In this document: one piece after another, positions 1 through 8,716 of the stretch
Layout: the number at the start of each line of letters is the position of its first letter
Position numbering within the stretch: position 1 is the stretch's first letter
Assembly (NCBI GenBank): GCA_036140815.1
Contig: JAYZXX010000223.1
Span: 1-57,123 of the forward strand
Length of the DNA: 57,123 nucleotides
Reading direction: 5' to 3'
DNA from: Bdellovibrionota bacterium
GTDB taxonomy: Bacteria > Bdellovibrionota > Bdellovibrionia > Bdellovibrionales > UBA840
Made by a program: the position numbers and the translations under genes
Notes under the pieces: generated by a model
Seen by the model: only the letters and a program-made list of their open reading frames with translations
Database searches by the model: none
What the model was told of the DNA's origin: nothing

Positions 1-93
1 TCTTTTCATCGTTTGCTGGCGCGGGGGTATGGGGCGGCTTTGCCGCCGATGGCTGGTGAAGTCGCTTTGCTCTTCAAGGCGCGTTTGTTTTTT
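1..93 (-). repeat. REP-like GC-rich palindromic repeat, copy A (may extend past the window start)
   Basis: Reverse complement matches 1632-1725; 42-nt core 14-55 is identical to 1671-1712; contains hairpin GGCGGC-TTT-GCCGCC; abuts the stop codon of the FadL-like gene. Confidence 0.85.
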
Positions 94-1363
94 AGAAATA
101 GTAAGCGGAGCTTATAAGCATGCTGAAGATGTTCCTTTTGGCTTCTATTTTTTGATAGCTGTCTTCGATTAGGTGTTTTGCGTAGCCTGTGCCGCCGGTG
201 TAGTAGCCTCCGAAGGTGAATGAGGCTTTGTCTGATGTGAAGACGGCGGCGTTAGCACTGAAGCCCCACATATCGATGTGTTCTGGTTGCCAGTAGCTTG
301 TGTCGTTGTCAACGTTTTGGTGTGAGCTTAAATTGCTATAGAGACCGGTTCTGATTTTTACTTGTGGGTTTACGAAATATTCATAACCGAGGTGCACATT
401 TACAACATTAACGTATTTATAGTTTCTGCTATAGTCTTTTTCTTGAAAGTCTTGGAAGTTTCCCGAACCATATGAAACTAAATCGAAAGAGAAGACACTT
501 TTACTAGAACTTTCATAAGAAACTCCAATGGCTAGGCGAGTGGGGATGGCTTGGTCGGTGTCTACCGATTTTTCGAAGAGTTGTGTCGCTCCATCACTGC
601 TTCCAGTAGTATCTAATGTGGAGGAGTAATAGCTTCCTTTTCCGCTGATTTCGATGGGGTTAAATCGATAACTTGCGGCGATTTTCCATGAGTCGTTTAA
701 TTTATGGGTGATACCAGCAATGTACAAAAGACTGTTGTTAGTGATGGATCTTTCATCTACGGTTTGTTTGGTATCTGTTCCTGAATTTAAACTACTTTGA
801 TCCCGAGTATTAATCTGCGCATCAAGAGCTGTGTAGTATACGGAAAATCCCCAACTTGTTTTTTCTGTCCAGTTTTTACCGAAACCCACACCAACCCAAA
901 GGCTTTGATCCAATTGTTGAAAGGTGGAAATATTATCATTTTGATTGTTCACTTCCCCTTGATAGAAATTGTAATCCGGAACCAAGATAGACAAGCCAAA
1001 GGCGAAGTGACCGAAGCTTAATATACTACCAGAGCTGGCAGGTATGGATTTAAAACTTCCTTGATTAATTCTTTTTGTGGAGTCTTCAAAGGAACTTTGA
1101 TCACCGAAAGAGCTGTCATATTTATGGTAAACACTCACAGCTGCACTGAGGCTATTTCCTTTCATCAAAGAAAGGTTGGCTGGGTTGTAATAGATGATTC
1201 CCGCAGGGTCCCCAGTCATGGCAGTAAAAGCCCCACCCATCCCAGCAGCCCGATCTCCCACCATCACCGAATTATAATTTGAGTAAGCCGCCTGTGCATT
1301 ATGAGGCAAAACGTAAAACAAATAAATGGCGAAGAAGAAGATACTAAGAAGCAGTTTAAGCAT
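92..1363 (-). CDS. OmpP1/FadL/TodX family outer-membrane transporter
   Basis: Signal peptide; GDRAAGMGGAFTA...IYYNPANL hatch motif typical of the FadL family; amphipathic beta strands; C-terminal aromatic YYF. Confidence 0.85.
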   Translation of the reverse strand: MLKLLLSIFFFAIYLFYVLPHNAQAAYSNYNSVMVGDRAAGMGGAFTAMTGDPAGIIYYNPANLSLMKGNSLSAAVSVYHKYDSSFGDQSSFEDSTKRINQGSFKSIPASSGSILSFGHFAFGLSILVPDYNFYQGEVNNQNDNISTFQQLDQSLWVGVGFGKNWTEKTSWGFSVYYTALDAQINTRDQSSLNSGTDTKQTVDERSITNNSLLYIAGITHKLNDSWKIAASYRFNPIEISGKGSYYSSTLDTTGSSDGATQLFEKSVDTDQAIPTRLAIGVSYESSSKSVFSFDLVSYGSGNFQDFQEKDYSRNYKYVNVVNVHLGYEYFVNPQVKIRTGLYSNLSSHQNVDNDTSYWQPEHIDMWGFSANAAVFTSDKASFTFGGYYTGGTGYAKHLIEDSYQKIEAKRNIFSMLISSAYYF

Positions 1364-1631
1364 ATTTCTATCTTAAAAAAGAAGTGTTAAAATGACTATC
1401 TGTCACATACAAAGCTCAACCTTTAGCTAGCTAAGTTCCAAAGAGTTTTTCAAATTTTCCCATAAATTTAATCAGATAAAACGTGTTCTTAAAGATTAGA
1501 ATTCCTTAACTAATCTATTTATCATTGACTGATTGATGTTCTATTTTTTTGCATGAGTTTTATGGTTCTCAAAAACCTGAAATCAAAACTATCAACTCCA
1601 GAGGGTGGCAGCCACCCAAATGCAGGCAGAT

Positions 1632-1725
1632 AAAAAACAAAAAGCGCTTTGAAGAGCAAAGCGATTTCAACAGCCATCGGCGGCAAAGCCGCCCCATACC
1701 CCCGCGCCAGCACCAGAAGAAAATA
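1632..1725 (+). repeat. REP-like repeat, copy B, inverted relative to copy A
   Basis: Direct comparison with reverse complement of 1-93. Confidence 0.85.
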
Positions 1726-1766
1726 ACGACGAGATTTAGTACTAGAGAAATGAGAAAGAGGCCGCA

Positions 1767-1903
1767 TGAAACAAAAGTATTTTGATCAGACCTTTTTGGG
1801 CCAGGACGGCCCAAAACGAGTGACATGGACGTGAGGGGAGCAGGCGAAGCGATAGCGTAGCATGCGGACCGGAAACACGTCTGAGCAAAATACTTTTGTT
1901 TCA
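1767..1903. repeat. REPIN/MITE-like element with 25-bp terminal inverted repeats
   Basis: TGAAACAAAAGTATTTTGATCAGAC (1767-1791) pairs with 1879-1903 with one mismatch; internal hairpin TTTTGGGCC-AGGAC-GGCCCAAAA (1794-1816). Confidence 0.8.
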
Positions 1904-2059
1904 GGAGGTCGGTTCATTCGGAGCTCTACATCGAGGAGTTAAAACCACCCCCCAAATAACCACAAAAATCCCTAGCTGAAAGCCAAAAACGCTTCTGAGC
2001 AAAATACTTATGTTTCAGGGGGCCGGCTCATTCGGAGCTCTACATCGAGGAGTTAAAAC
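1880..2059 (+). repeat. 66-bp direct repeat (1880-1945 and 1994-2059)
   Basis: 62/66 identity by eye; duplicates the right arm of the element above plus its flank. Confidence 0.9.
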
Positions 2060-2264
2060 AAACCCTAAATAAAAAAAAGAATCCAATCCGAAGACGAACG
2101 AGCCTTAACCCAAAAAACAAAAGCCATACCAATCAAAAACCGCAACCAAACCCCAATCCCACCAAGAAAACCAAACCCTAAAAAATAATAGAGCGTGTAA
2201 GATCAATAAAGCCCCTAAAAAAACAAAAACCTCGCTTAAGCCTTAAGCAAACGAAATCCCCTTC

Positions 2265-2293
2265 TAGACACTAGTCCAGCCTATAGGTAGACT
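2265..2293 (+). promoter_or_regulatory. Putative sigma70 promoter giving a leaderless mRNA
   Basis: TAGACA-17 nt-TAGACT, ATG 7 nt downstream, no Shine-Dalgarno. Confidence 0.55.
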
Positions 2294-2300
2294 CCCATCT

Positions 2301-2960
2301 ATGGAATTATACGAACTTGCCTTAAAAATAACCATTTTCTTTGTGCCCTTTTTGTTTGCACTTTGTTTCCATGAGTTTGCTCATGGTTGGATGGCGCAAA
2401 AGCGTGGTGATGATACGGCAAAAATGATGGGGCGACTTAACTTAAATCCGCAATCCCATGCCGATATGATTGGTACCTATGTTTTGCCGTTGGCAGCGAT
2501 CATTTTAAATTGGGGAATGTTTTTCGGTTGGGGAAAACCGGTTCCTGTGAACGAGCGTAATTTAAAAAATCCAAAAGTGGATATGTTTTGGATCGCCTTG
2601 GCAGGTCCTTTATCAAATATTTTATTAGCATTGATTGGTGCTTTTATTTTAGTTGGTTTCAATTATTACGGAAACCAAATTAAGCTTGCTCCTTACATCA
2701 TCGAGTTTTTTAAATTTTTTATTCAGATCAATGCCGTTTTGGCAGTGTTTAATCTGATTCCAGTTCATCCCTTGGATGGCGGAAAGGTGATCGCAAGATT
2801 CCTTTCGCCCAACGCAAACCGGTGGATGGAAGAAAACCAAATGGTTTTAAGTATGATATTGATGGTGGCCATTCTAACTGGAATGATGCCTTTCATTGGT
2901 TATTTCGCTAAATTTATGTACGGCTTTTTTATCTCGATTGCGCAAATGGTGATTATATGA
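2301..2960 (+). CDS. Site-2 protease (peptidase M50) family membrane metalloprotease
   Basis: HEFAH zinc motif, AGPLSN, NLIPVHPLDG; usual position upstream of trpS-scpAB. Confidence 0.93.
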   Translation: MELYELALKITIFFVPFLFALCFHEFAHGWMAQKRGDDTAKMMGRLNLNPQSHADMIGTYVLPLAAIILNWGMFFGWGKPVPVNERNLKNPKVDMFWIALAGPLSNILLALIGAFILVGFNYYGNQIKLAPYIIEFFKFFIQINAVLAVFNLIPVHPLDGGKVIARFLSPNANRWMEENQMVLSMILMVAILTGMMPFIGYFAKFMYGFFISIAQMVII

Positions 2961-3979
2961 GTAAAGCTCGAGTGATGAGTGGAATGCGCACTACAGAGCG
3001 CATTCACTTGGGCAATTATTTTGGTGCTTTGAAAAATTGGGTCCGTCTACAAGACGAAACCGATTATGAATGTTTTTTTGGAGCTATGGACTGGCATGCT
3101 TTGACCGATGCTTTTGGTCGCGCTAATGAAATTAATGAAGTTGCCCGAGAAGTGATTGCGGATTGGATTGCTTACGGAATTAATCCTGAAAAGTCTGTGA
3201 TTTTTATTCAGTCGCAAGTGCCTCAACATTTAGAGATTAATATGATTCTTTCCAATATTACTCCCTTTGGTTGGTTAGACCGAGTGACTACATGGAAAGA
3301 TGCCAAAGAGGAACTTCAGGCCAAAGACGCCCACAATTTAGGTCGATTTGGATACCCTGTTTTACAGACCGCAGATATTCTTGCCTACCAAGGGACCCAT
3401 GTCCCAGTGGGGCGTGATCAGGTCCCTCATTTAGAGCTAAGTCGCGAAATCGTTCGTAGGTTTAATCGAATTTACAAAGCCAATCTACCAGAGATGGAAG
3501 CTCTTTTAACAGAGTCTCCTGTTTTACCAGGTTTGGATGGTCGCAAGATGAGTAAGTCTTACGGCAATCACATTCCCTTAACAGAGTCTGCTAAGAAGGT
3601 AAAAAAATTATGCAATAAAATGCTGACAGATCCAAAGCGTGAGACTAGGGAAGACCCGGGTGAGCCAGAGGATTGTCAGGCGGTTTATAAATTTCATAAA
3701 TTAGTTTCAAGTGCTGAAGATCTTAGCTGGGTTGAAGAGGGCTGTCGTACAGCTGGTATCGGATGTGGGGATTGTAAAGCACGTCTTGCTGAAAACTTAA
3801 ACAAGATTATGGAAGAACCGCGCGAAATAAAAAAAGAACTGTTGAATAACCCAAAGAATCTAGACGATATTATTCAGGACGGTTGTGCCCGCGCTCGAAA
3901 AGAAGCAAATGAAACTTTGCGTATGATGAGGGATGCAATGGGATTTAAATCGTTTGATTATCCGGGGGGGAGATCTTAA
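2957..3979 (+). CDS. trpS: Tryptophan--tRNA ligase
   Basis: SGMR..IHLGNY, YPVLQTADIL, VPVGRDQ, KMSKS motifs. Confidence 0.97.
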   Translation: MSKARVMSGMRTTERIHLGNYFGALKNWVRLQDETDYECFFGAMDWHALTDAFGRANEINEVAREVIADWIAYGINPEKSVIFIQSQVPQHLEINMILSNITPFGWLDRVTTWKDAKEELQAKDAHNLGRFGYPVLQTADILAYQGTHVPVGRDQVPHLELSREIVRRFNRIYKANLPEMEALLTESPVLPGLDGRKMSKSYGNHIPLTESAKKVKKLCNKMLTDPKRETREDPGEPEDCQAVYKFHKLVSSAEDLSWVEEGCRTAGIGCGDCKARLAENLNKIMEEPREIKKELLNNPKNLDDIIQDGCARARKEANETLRMMRDAMGFKSFDYPGGRS

Positions 3980-5548
3980 ATGTTAGTGCAGCTGGACCAG
4001 TTCGAAGGGCCTCTGGGCCTACTTCTTTACTTAATTCGCAAAGAAGAGATGGATATCTATGATATCGAAATTCATCGTATTACAAGTCAGTATCTTTCTT
4101 ATATTAAACAGCTCCCAAGTCTTGATTTAGAACAAGCGGGTGAGTTTTGTGCTATGGCAGCGAGTTTGATTCAAATTAAATCTAAAATGCTTTTGCCTAA
4201 CTATGACGAAAACGGCGAAGAAATTGAAGAAGAAGATCCTCGTAAACCATTGGTACAAAAACTATTAGAATATCAAAAATACCAAGAAGCGAGTAAGGAC
4301 TTATACGATCGTCCTCTTCTTGGTAGAGATACATGGAAGCGTGGAAAAAAAGAGCAGATCGATGGCGAAGATGGTGGTATCGAGCTAGAAGAGTCAGCTT
4401 TATTTGCTTTGATCGCGTGTTATAGAAGTGTGGTGAAAAAGGCGGCGAAAGCAAATCATAAAGTTGCAGCTAAATTTCAAACCATTGCTAGTCGAATTTT
4501 GGAATTAACAGAAAGAATTCGTCCTGGAAAAAAAGTAACTTTAAAAGAGTTAATGCGTGCGGATGAGTGGACTTCTACTAAGTATCTGATCACATTTTTG
4601 TCTACTCTGGAGCTGGGAAAACTAGGTTATGTAAGGCTTTTTCAAGCAGATGATTGTGGTGATATCCATATCGAAGGCAAAAAAGAAATTGCTGGGGATG
4701 TGGTTGCTAGGGTTGCAGAGTATGATGATGACTCTGCTCCGGAAGCCTTCCAGCAAGCGGTGATCGATCAGGTCGAAAAATCTGAGGCTCCACAGCTGTC
4801 ATTGGTTGATGATCTTGTAAGCTCTCAAGATGATGAAATGGCAAGTGATGAAGATATTTTTGCGGCTGAGCTAGAGGACCGCGGCGCTGATGATGAGTTT
4901 GTGAATCAAGCCAGAGAAGATTATTCAGAGGCAGCCGAAGACATAGACATTGATGCTATTAACGCTATTGTTGGAAAAACTCTTGATAATGGTGGTTATA
5001 AACCAGAGGAAGACAAGGAGTCTGAACTAAGCCTTGTTGAGACTGATGAGATCGAAGAACTTTCTAATGCTAGTAAAACGGATGAGAATCCTCTTGAGTT
5101 AGAACATGCTATTGAAGATGAGTCTTCAGTGCTTTTCTCTGAAGAAGACATTTCTACTGAGTATTTGGCAGCGGAAGCTGGCGCTGATGATTCAGCTGAA
5201 TTGTTTTCTGGTGGTACTGACGACGTGATTATCGAGGAAAGTGAAAGCGCCAACTTAGAAGTTCCAGACGTATTAGAGCTTCTACAAAATTCTCAGACAG
5301 AAGACTCAATGAAGGAAGAAACTTCCAATGATGTAGCTAATCAAGTGGAAAGACTTGGAGCGGCTCTTGCGATTTTTGATACAGATTTAGATGAGGCGAA
5401 AGATATTGATTCTGCTGCTGTTGTAGATGAAAGTGCAGAGCTTTTTTCAAGCTCTGAAGATGAGTCAGTAAATGAGACATCTACTGCAACTAATGATGAA
5501 ACGATTGAAATAGACAAAAAAGACGAAGTGAAGAACTTCGAGTTATAG
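3980..5548 (+). CDS. scpA: Segregation/condensation protein A (kleisin) with long acidic C-terminal extension
   Basis: FEGPLGLLLYLI, IKSKMLLP, TFLSTLELGKLG motifs in the first ~240 aa. Confidence 0.93.
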   Translation: MLVQLDQFEGPLGLLLYLIRKEEMDIYDIEIHRITSQYLSYIKQLPSLDLEQAGEFCAMAASLIQIKSKMLLPNYDENGEEIEEEDPRKPLVQKLLEYQKYQEASKDLYDRPLLGRDTWKRGKKEQIDGEDGGIELEESALFALIACYRSVVKKAAKANHKVAAKFQTIASRILELTERIRPGKKVTLKELMRADEWTSTKYLITFLSTLELGKLGYVRLFQADDCGDIHIEGKKEIAGDVVARVAEYDDDSAPEAFQQAVIDQVEKSEAPQLSLVDDLVSSQDDEMASDEDIFAAELEDRGADDEFVNQAREDYSEAAEDIDIDAINAIVGKTLDNGGYKPEEDKESELSLVETDEIEELSNASKTDENPLELEHAIEDESSVLFSEEDISTEYLAAEAGADDSAELFSGGTDDVIIEESESANLEVPDVLELLQNSQTEDSMKEETSNDVANQVERLGAALAIFDTDLDEAKDIDSAAVVDESAELFSSSEDESVNETSTATNDETIEIDKKDEVKNFEL

Positions 5549-5562
5549 GGGAGCTTTGGGTA

Positions 5563-7542
5563 ATGGCAAATTCGAAGAACAACGAAGATACAGAACAACT
5601 AGAAAGCATAGAAGAAATGTTCGAGGATGAACTAGAAGGTCAGGAAGAAGATTCCGTGGATGCTTCTGATGAATTTAAAGCATTATTTGATGATGCGGAA
5701 GATTTTGAGGACGAGGAAGAGGATTCTGATGAAGACTACCTAGAAGGTGAAGAATTATCTTTGGATGATGCCGAAGAACTTGAGCTTGATGAAGATGACG
5801 AAGATCCTTACAGCATTGAGTTAAGCGAAGCAGAGCTTGATGATGATGAAGAATATGATGAAGAGGATTTATTTGCAGACTCCGAAGACTCTGAAGATGA
5901 AGAATTAGAAGCAGACTCAGAAGAAAACGAGGAAGTTGAAGAGGGCGAAGCAGATCAAAAACCAGCTATGTCATTGAGCGAGGCATTCGAGGCTTTGACA
6001 GAAGACGCAGAAGAAGATCGCATTCGCTTGGCCAAGTTAGCTGAAGAAGAAGCTCAAGAAAATCAATCTGATGAAGATGAAGAAGATGCTGGGATGTCGG
6101 CAGACAGCTCCTTAAGCGAAGGAACTGAACTTGAGTCTTTCGAGTCACCGGAAATTGAAGAAAAAGAGTTTGTCGACGCTGACACTGTAGTTTCTATCGT
6201 AGAAAGCATCTTGTTTTCAACGGATAAAGCAGTAGGAATTGGATATATCAAAAAGGCTTTTGACGGAACCACTGTAAAGACAGACCAAATTAGAAAAGCC
6301 ATCGAACAATTACAAATCGATTATGCTGGAACTACTCGTGGTGTAAGTTTAGAAGAAGTTAGTGGTGGATACCAGCTTCGCACTAAAGTAGATAATATGA
6401 ATTTTCTACGTCGTATCAATAAAGGAAGACCGTTTAAGTTAAGTGGTCCTGCCTTAGAAACTTTGGCAATTGTTGCTTATAAACAGCCATTAATTAAAGC
6501 TGAGGTTGATGAGATTCGTGGAGTAGAAAGTGGGCATTTGATGCGTGCATTGATGGATCGATCTTTACTTCGTTTTGCTGGAAAATCTGAGCTTCCAGGT
6601 AAGCCAATGTTGTATGAGACGACTAAAAAATTCTTAGAAATTTTTAGCCTTCGATCATTAAAGGAACTACCTAGCTTAAGTGAAATTGATGAATTGATCC
6701 CTGAAGGAATTGGTGAAGAAGAAGACAAGCCAGTGCTTGGAGATGTAACAGACTCTATGAGTTTGGAAGCTGCAAGTGTTTATTCTGAAGGGGAGGAAGA
6801 GCTTACTAAAATCGAAGACACTCTTGGGAAAATTGATACGACCACCGAGTTTTTTGAGCAAGAAAAGATTCGAGAAAAGGCTCGTAGAGATAAAGAAAGA
6901 GCAGATGGAATTAGAGAAGCCTTGGATTTTGACGAAGAAGTTTCTGATAAAGACAAAAAGTGGTTAGCTCGTTATGATAAGAAAATTGAAGAAGAAAAGC
7001 TTGCGGCTGAAGAAGCAGCGAAAAAAGCGGAAGAAGAAGCTGCATTGGCTTTAGAATCTTCAGAAGAAACGGATGCATCTGATGCAGACAAAAATGCTTT
7101 GGATACCAGCGATGAATCTTCAGAACTTTTTGCGGACGCAGACGCAGATGAGACTGCTGACTTATCCACAGAAGATGTGGATAAGGATACGGAAGCGCTT
7201 TTTGCAGCAGATGAAGATACATCTGAATTAGAGCAAGAAGAAGAAGCAATTAACGATGCAGAGACTCTTGAGTTGGCTGAAGAAGATGAAGCTGATCAAG
7301 TTTTTGAGAGTGATGATGAAGAATTGGCTTTAGACTCTCAAGAGGAATCAGGGGAAACTGCAGTGGAAGCTCAGACTGATGTGGAAGGTGATTCACAAGA
7401 GAAGGCTTTAAATAGTGCTTTTGGAAATATTCAAAATGCTTTAGACGCTTTTGAATCAGAAGATGGAATCAATATTGATGCGAATCCAGTTTCTGAGGAA
7501 GAATCTACTGAAGTCGAGGCAGATAAAGAGGCTGAGCTATAA
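5563..7542 (+). CDS. scpB: SMC-Scp complex subunit ScpB with acidic N- and C-terminal extensions
   Basis: GGYQLRT, LSGPALETLAIVAYKQP, EIRGV, PGKPMLYETTKKFLEIFSL..L.ELP core. Confidence 0.95.
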   Translation: MANSKNNEDTEQLESIEEMFEDELEGQEEDSVDASDEFKALFDDAEDFEDEEEDSDEDYLEGEELSLDDAEELELDEDDEDPYSIELSEAELDDDEEYDEEDLFADSEDSEDEELEADSEENEEVEEGEADQKPAMSLSEAFEALTEDAEEDRIRLAKLAEEEAQENQSDEDEEDAGMSADSSLSEGTELESFESPEIEEKEFVDADTVVSIVESILFSTDKAVGIGYIKKAFDGTTVKTDQIRKAIEQLQIDYAGTTRGVSLEEVSGGYQLRTKVDNMNFLRRINKGRPFKLSGPALETLAIVAYKQPLIKAEVDEIRGVESGHLMRALMDRSLLRFAGKSELPGKPMLYETTKKFLEIFSLRSLKELPSLSEIDELIPEGIGEEEDKPVLGDVTDSMSLEAASVYSEGEEELTKIEDTLGKIDTTTEFFEQEKIREKARRDKERADGIREALDFDEEVSDKDKKWLARYDKKIEEEKLAAEEAAKKAEEEAALALESSEETDASDADKNALDTSDESSELFADADADETADLSTEDVDKDTEALFAADEDTSELEQEEEAINDAETLELAEEDEADQVFESDDEELALDSQEESGETAVEAQTDVEGDSQEKALNSAFGNIQNALDAFESEDGINIDANPVSEEESTEVEADKEAEL

Positions 7543-7566
7543 GCTTTTTTAAAAATTAAAAGTATG

Positions 7567-7599
7567 AAAATGCAGAGATATTTCTCTGCATTTTTTTTA
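7567..7599. terminator. Bidirectional intrinsic terminator
   Basis: AAAATGCAGAGA-loop-TCTCTGCATTTTTTTT between convergent genes. Confidence 0.85.
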
Positions 7600-7600
7600 T

Positions 7601-8470
7601 TTAAAACTCAGCGTAGAAACCGTAAAAATTGAGATAGTATTGTGAAATTCGGTCTTCTTTTAGGAAGACGCTAGAGTAGGAAAGGCTTGGAGCCCAATAG
7701 TTTCCAACTTTAAAAGCTAGAATCATTTGTCTTCGATCTTTCTTAAGAAGGCCTTTGAAGAAACCAGTGTCTCTAGGCTTAGCATAAGAGTATTTATAAT
7801 ACATTCTAAAGCTTTCATCGCTACCAAGTAGGAAGCCAGCGTCTATATGACTTTGTCCAAAAAAGTAGTCATCGCTGACTCCAAGACTAAGAAAGTATTG
7901 AAGGCTAGCGTTGAAATAGGGGCTTGTGTAGTAGCTTATTATTAGTTCGTTGGCGATATAGTTTTTTTCTTCAGAAGGCTCTACGCTGTCTAAATAAAAT
8001 TCTGAATTAAGTACATCATGAATGTTTTTTTGAACTAGGTCTAAACCATTTTCACCTAAAAGGTTATTACTTACATTCCACTGTATTTTAAAGCTTCCAC
8101 CGGTGTTTGTTGGTATACTATAGGCCATTAGTAATTGGTGACGTTGCCACTCCGCAACTTTTCCTAGAGGAGTTTCCAATAGATCCTGGTTCAAGTCGTA
8201 TTGAAAAACGGGCGTAACCAGTGTCCAAGAAGCTCGTAATTTCATTGCGAAATTTTCCCAGATATGGCCATAGGAGAGGTTTAAGCTACCTGTAACTAAT
8301 TTATCCGTTGGGCCGACGAAGTCGTTGTTTCCACTCAAAGAAAAACTCTTTTCGCTGATAGGGCTATCTGATTCACCAGGGATTGGTGCGAAGCTAGGGG
8401 TTAAGATTGAACTATTTGCTCTAGCATTCAAGGAGAAAAATATAAAAAGAAAAGTCAGCAAGTTTTTCAT
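7601..8470 (-). CDS. LpxR/DUF2219-like outer-membrane protein (possible lipid A deacylase)
   Basis: Signal peptide; NNDFVGPTDKLVTG and G...VQKNIH resemble LpxR motifs; C-terminal F. Confidence 0.6.
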   Translation of the reverse strand: MKNLLTFLFIFFSLNARANSSILTPSFAPIPGESDSPISEKSFSLSGNNDFVGPTDKLVTGSLNLSYGHIWENFAMKLRASWTLVTPVFQYDLNQDLLETPLGKVAEWQRHQLLMAYSIPTNTGGSFKIQWNVSNNLLGENGLDLVQKNIHDVLNSEFYLDSVEPSEEKNYIANELIISYYTSPYFNASLQYFLSLGVSDDYFFGQSHIDAGFLLGSDESFRMYYKYSYAKPRDTGFFKGLLKKDRRQMILAFKVGNYWAPSLSYSSVFLKEDRISQYYLNFYGFYAEF

Positions 8471-8716
8471 ATTACAAAATGATTATAGAGGTTTGTTTGT
8501 TGAATTGTAAAGAACCTGACTAAAATAATTACTTGTGGTTGAATGATGGCTTTGAGCAGTAACCTGAAATGTTAAGATTATTTCTTGTCTTAACATTTGT
8601 GGAGTTTTAAGAGTTAATACCTTTAGCGCTTAATTTAGCTAAATTTTTTAAAGAATTTTCTGTGTATTTTTGAGATTTATGTAATTCCCTAGATAAATTT
8701 GCCCGATAAGCTATTT

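Noticed and set aside
1522-1826. Three overlapping short ORFs (78-85 aa)
   Set aside because: They are translations of the repeat elements, with no SD or protein-like features
1880-2059. Possible mini CRISPR array
   Set aside because: Only two 66-bp units, too long for CRISPR repeats, and no cas genes in the window
4197-7249. Ser/Leu-rich antisense ORFs within scpA/scpB and similar nested short ORFs across the window
   Set aside because: Shadow frames of long, well-supported genes with biased codon use
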